A stretch of 63,999 nt of DNA, the filler included, from Sphacelaria rigidula (lineage: Eukaryota), in NCBI GenBank assembly GCA_964200075.2. It is 3 parts of 3 records of this genome, joined end to end, with 100 filler letters (N's around TTAATTAATTAA, not from the genome) between each part and the next. Parts side by side here need not be neighbours in the genome. Positions count along the whole stretch, not along the records: positions 43,843 to 63,999 come from CAXNAA020000562.1; 2 more parts are not named here. One strand, given 5' to 3'. Position 1 is the first letter of the stretch, and every line of letters begins with the position of its first letter. Below are positions 62,855 through 63,999 of this stretch, one piece after another. The position numbers and the translations under genes are program-made. The notes beneath the pieces are model-generated. The model was given only the letters and a program-made list of their open reading frames with translations. It did not search any database and was not told the DNA's origin.

Positions 62855-63999
62855 GTCATATTATGCGTCCCATTGGCAATTCTAGGCCAATACAACTCTA
62901 GCCAAATTTCACTATTCAGTGTTGTACCACTAGCTCGAACGCACCACGCGAATCTCTGGTGCCTACGAACAATGACTCAAGTGCACCCGACTTCCCTGTG
63001 GGGGTGAGCAAAACGTCGATTGCACCCACCACTTTAAAACCCACCCTTGATGAACCGTTTTGTCGGCTTTCCCAGGGTTACGCCCCCTACTTTTATTCAC
63101 CTTCAGGAGTAGCACTCTTACAGCATACCTTTCTCACACGCTCGGAATTGGAGACCAGTCGTAGGATCACACTTTCGTCGACCTTGAATAAGAGCGTTTT
63201 CGAAGCCGCTATTATTGGAGTTTTGACGTCATGCTTCCGCGATTTGGCTTCCCGAGCCCACAGAATAGGATCATGAGCATGACTTGTTCTCGCCAATTTG
63301 GGATATCTTGTTATGGCTTGCGCGTATGCATTTCTTCTGCCGATTGCGTAGTTCTTGTTATTTCGTCTACTATTGTATAATACCAGGCGCACCTCCACGT
63401 GCAGGGACATGACTGGATTTCATGGTAATGTTTAGATGATACTCTTGTCCTACCGTTTCCACAAGTTGAGGCAAAGCTTTCCTACTGTGGTACAGAATCT
63501 AACTTTAAGTGGCTGAATCTTGGTTTCGCCGCTGCGGTGTGAGTTGCGAGTCGCCAGATTGAAGCGATGCTTCCTCGGTGAGGTGTGGGAGCGACAGGAT
63601 TCTTCTCGGTGGTTTTCGTTCGCCTTACAGCAGATGATTTCGTTCGTGTATCGACAGGTGAGCATTACTATTCGTTGTACGGTTGAAGTCTAAGTGGCGC
63701 AGTTTTGTTGCACCAGAGCGACTTTGATGTAATTGTAGTGAGGACTCGTTTTTGTGGGCTGGTGTCAGGCTCAAATGTGATATCGGGTCCTGACCTGCGG
63801 GTGGATGGACTAGTGACAGCTTCATGTCTTCTTCTCACATACTCTCCCAAGCCTGCCCGCTGGTCTCCACGAAATGATGTCTCCCGTTGGTGAAAGACAT
63901 GATCTTTCCCCAAGATGCATCATACACCTCTACCCCCCCTCTCCCTCCCATGAAAATCGCCTGGCACAAACGTGGGGTACTTGTGTCAAAGGTGTTGAA

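Noticed and set aside
62900..63999. Possible decayed retroelement coding sequence (also 58500-59230)
   Set aside because: I could not identify any diagnostic RT, RNase H or integrase motif by eye.

Overview
Eukaryotic, intron-rich nuclear DNA, most likely a brown alga or related photosynthetic stramenopile. This is inferred from a bipartite plastid presequence, GT-AG multi-exon genes and RTE-LINE/tRNA-SINE/copia content. The window is three separate contigs (1-21828, 21929-43742, 43843-63999) joined by artificial 100-bp linkers (44 N + TTAATTAATTAA + 44 N), so no adjacency across a linker is biological. I reconstructed four spliced genes by hand, checking splice sites and exon phase. (1) An Asteroid/ASTE1-like PIN (XPG-family) nuclease on the minus strand, 10 exons, 5' end missing. 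(2) A partial OB-fold protein gene (SHLD2/SOSS-B-like) on the minus strand. (3) A complete 6-exon plastid-targeted 2Fe-2S ferredoxin-like gene. (4) A flavin amine oxidase gene, with the 5' FAD-binding exon not found. An intact tRNA-Lys(CUU) lies antisense in an amine oxidase intron. The rest is mostly decayed or nested mobile DNA. The most notable structures are a tandem triplication of the ferredoxin terminal exon, a ~250-bp-arm intronic hairpin made of two inverted gag-like fragments, a four-level transposon nest containing a Stowaway-like MITE, and a ~220-bp-arm foldback. I found no CRISPR array and no prokaryote-type system, and I cannot support a clearly new biological system from sequence alone.
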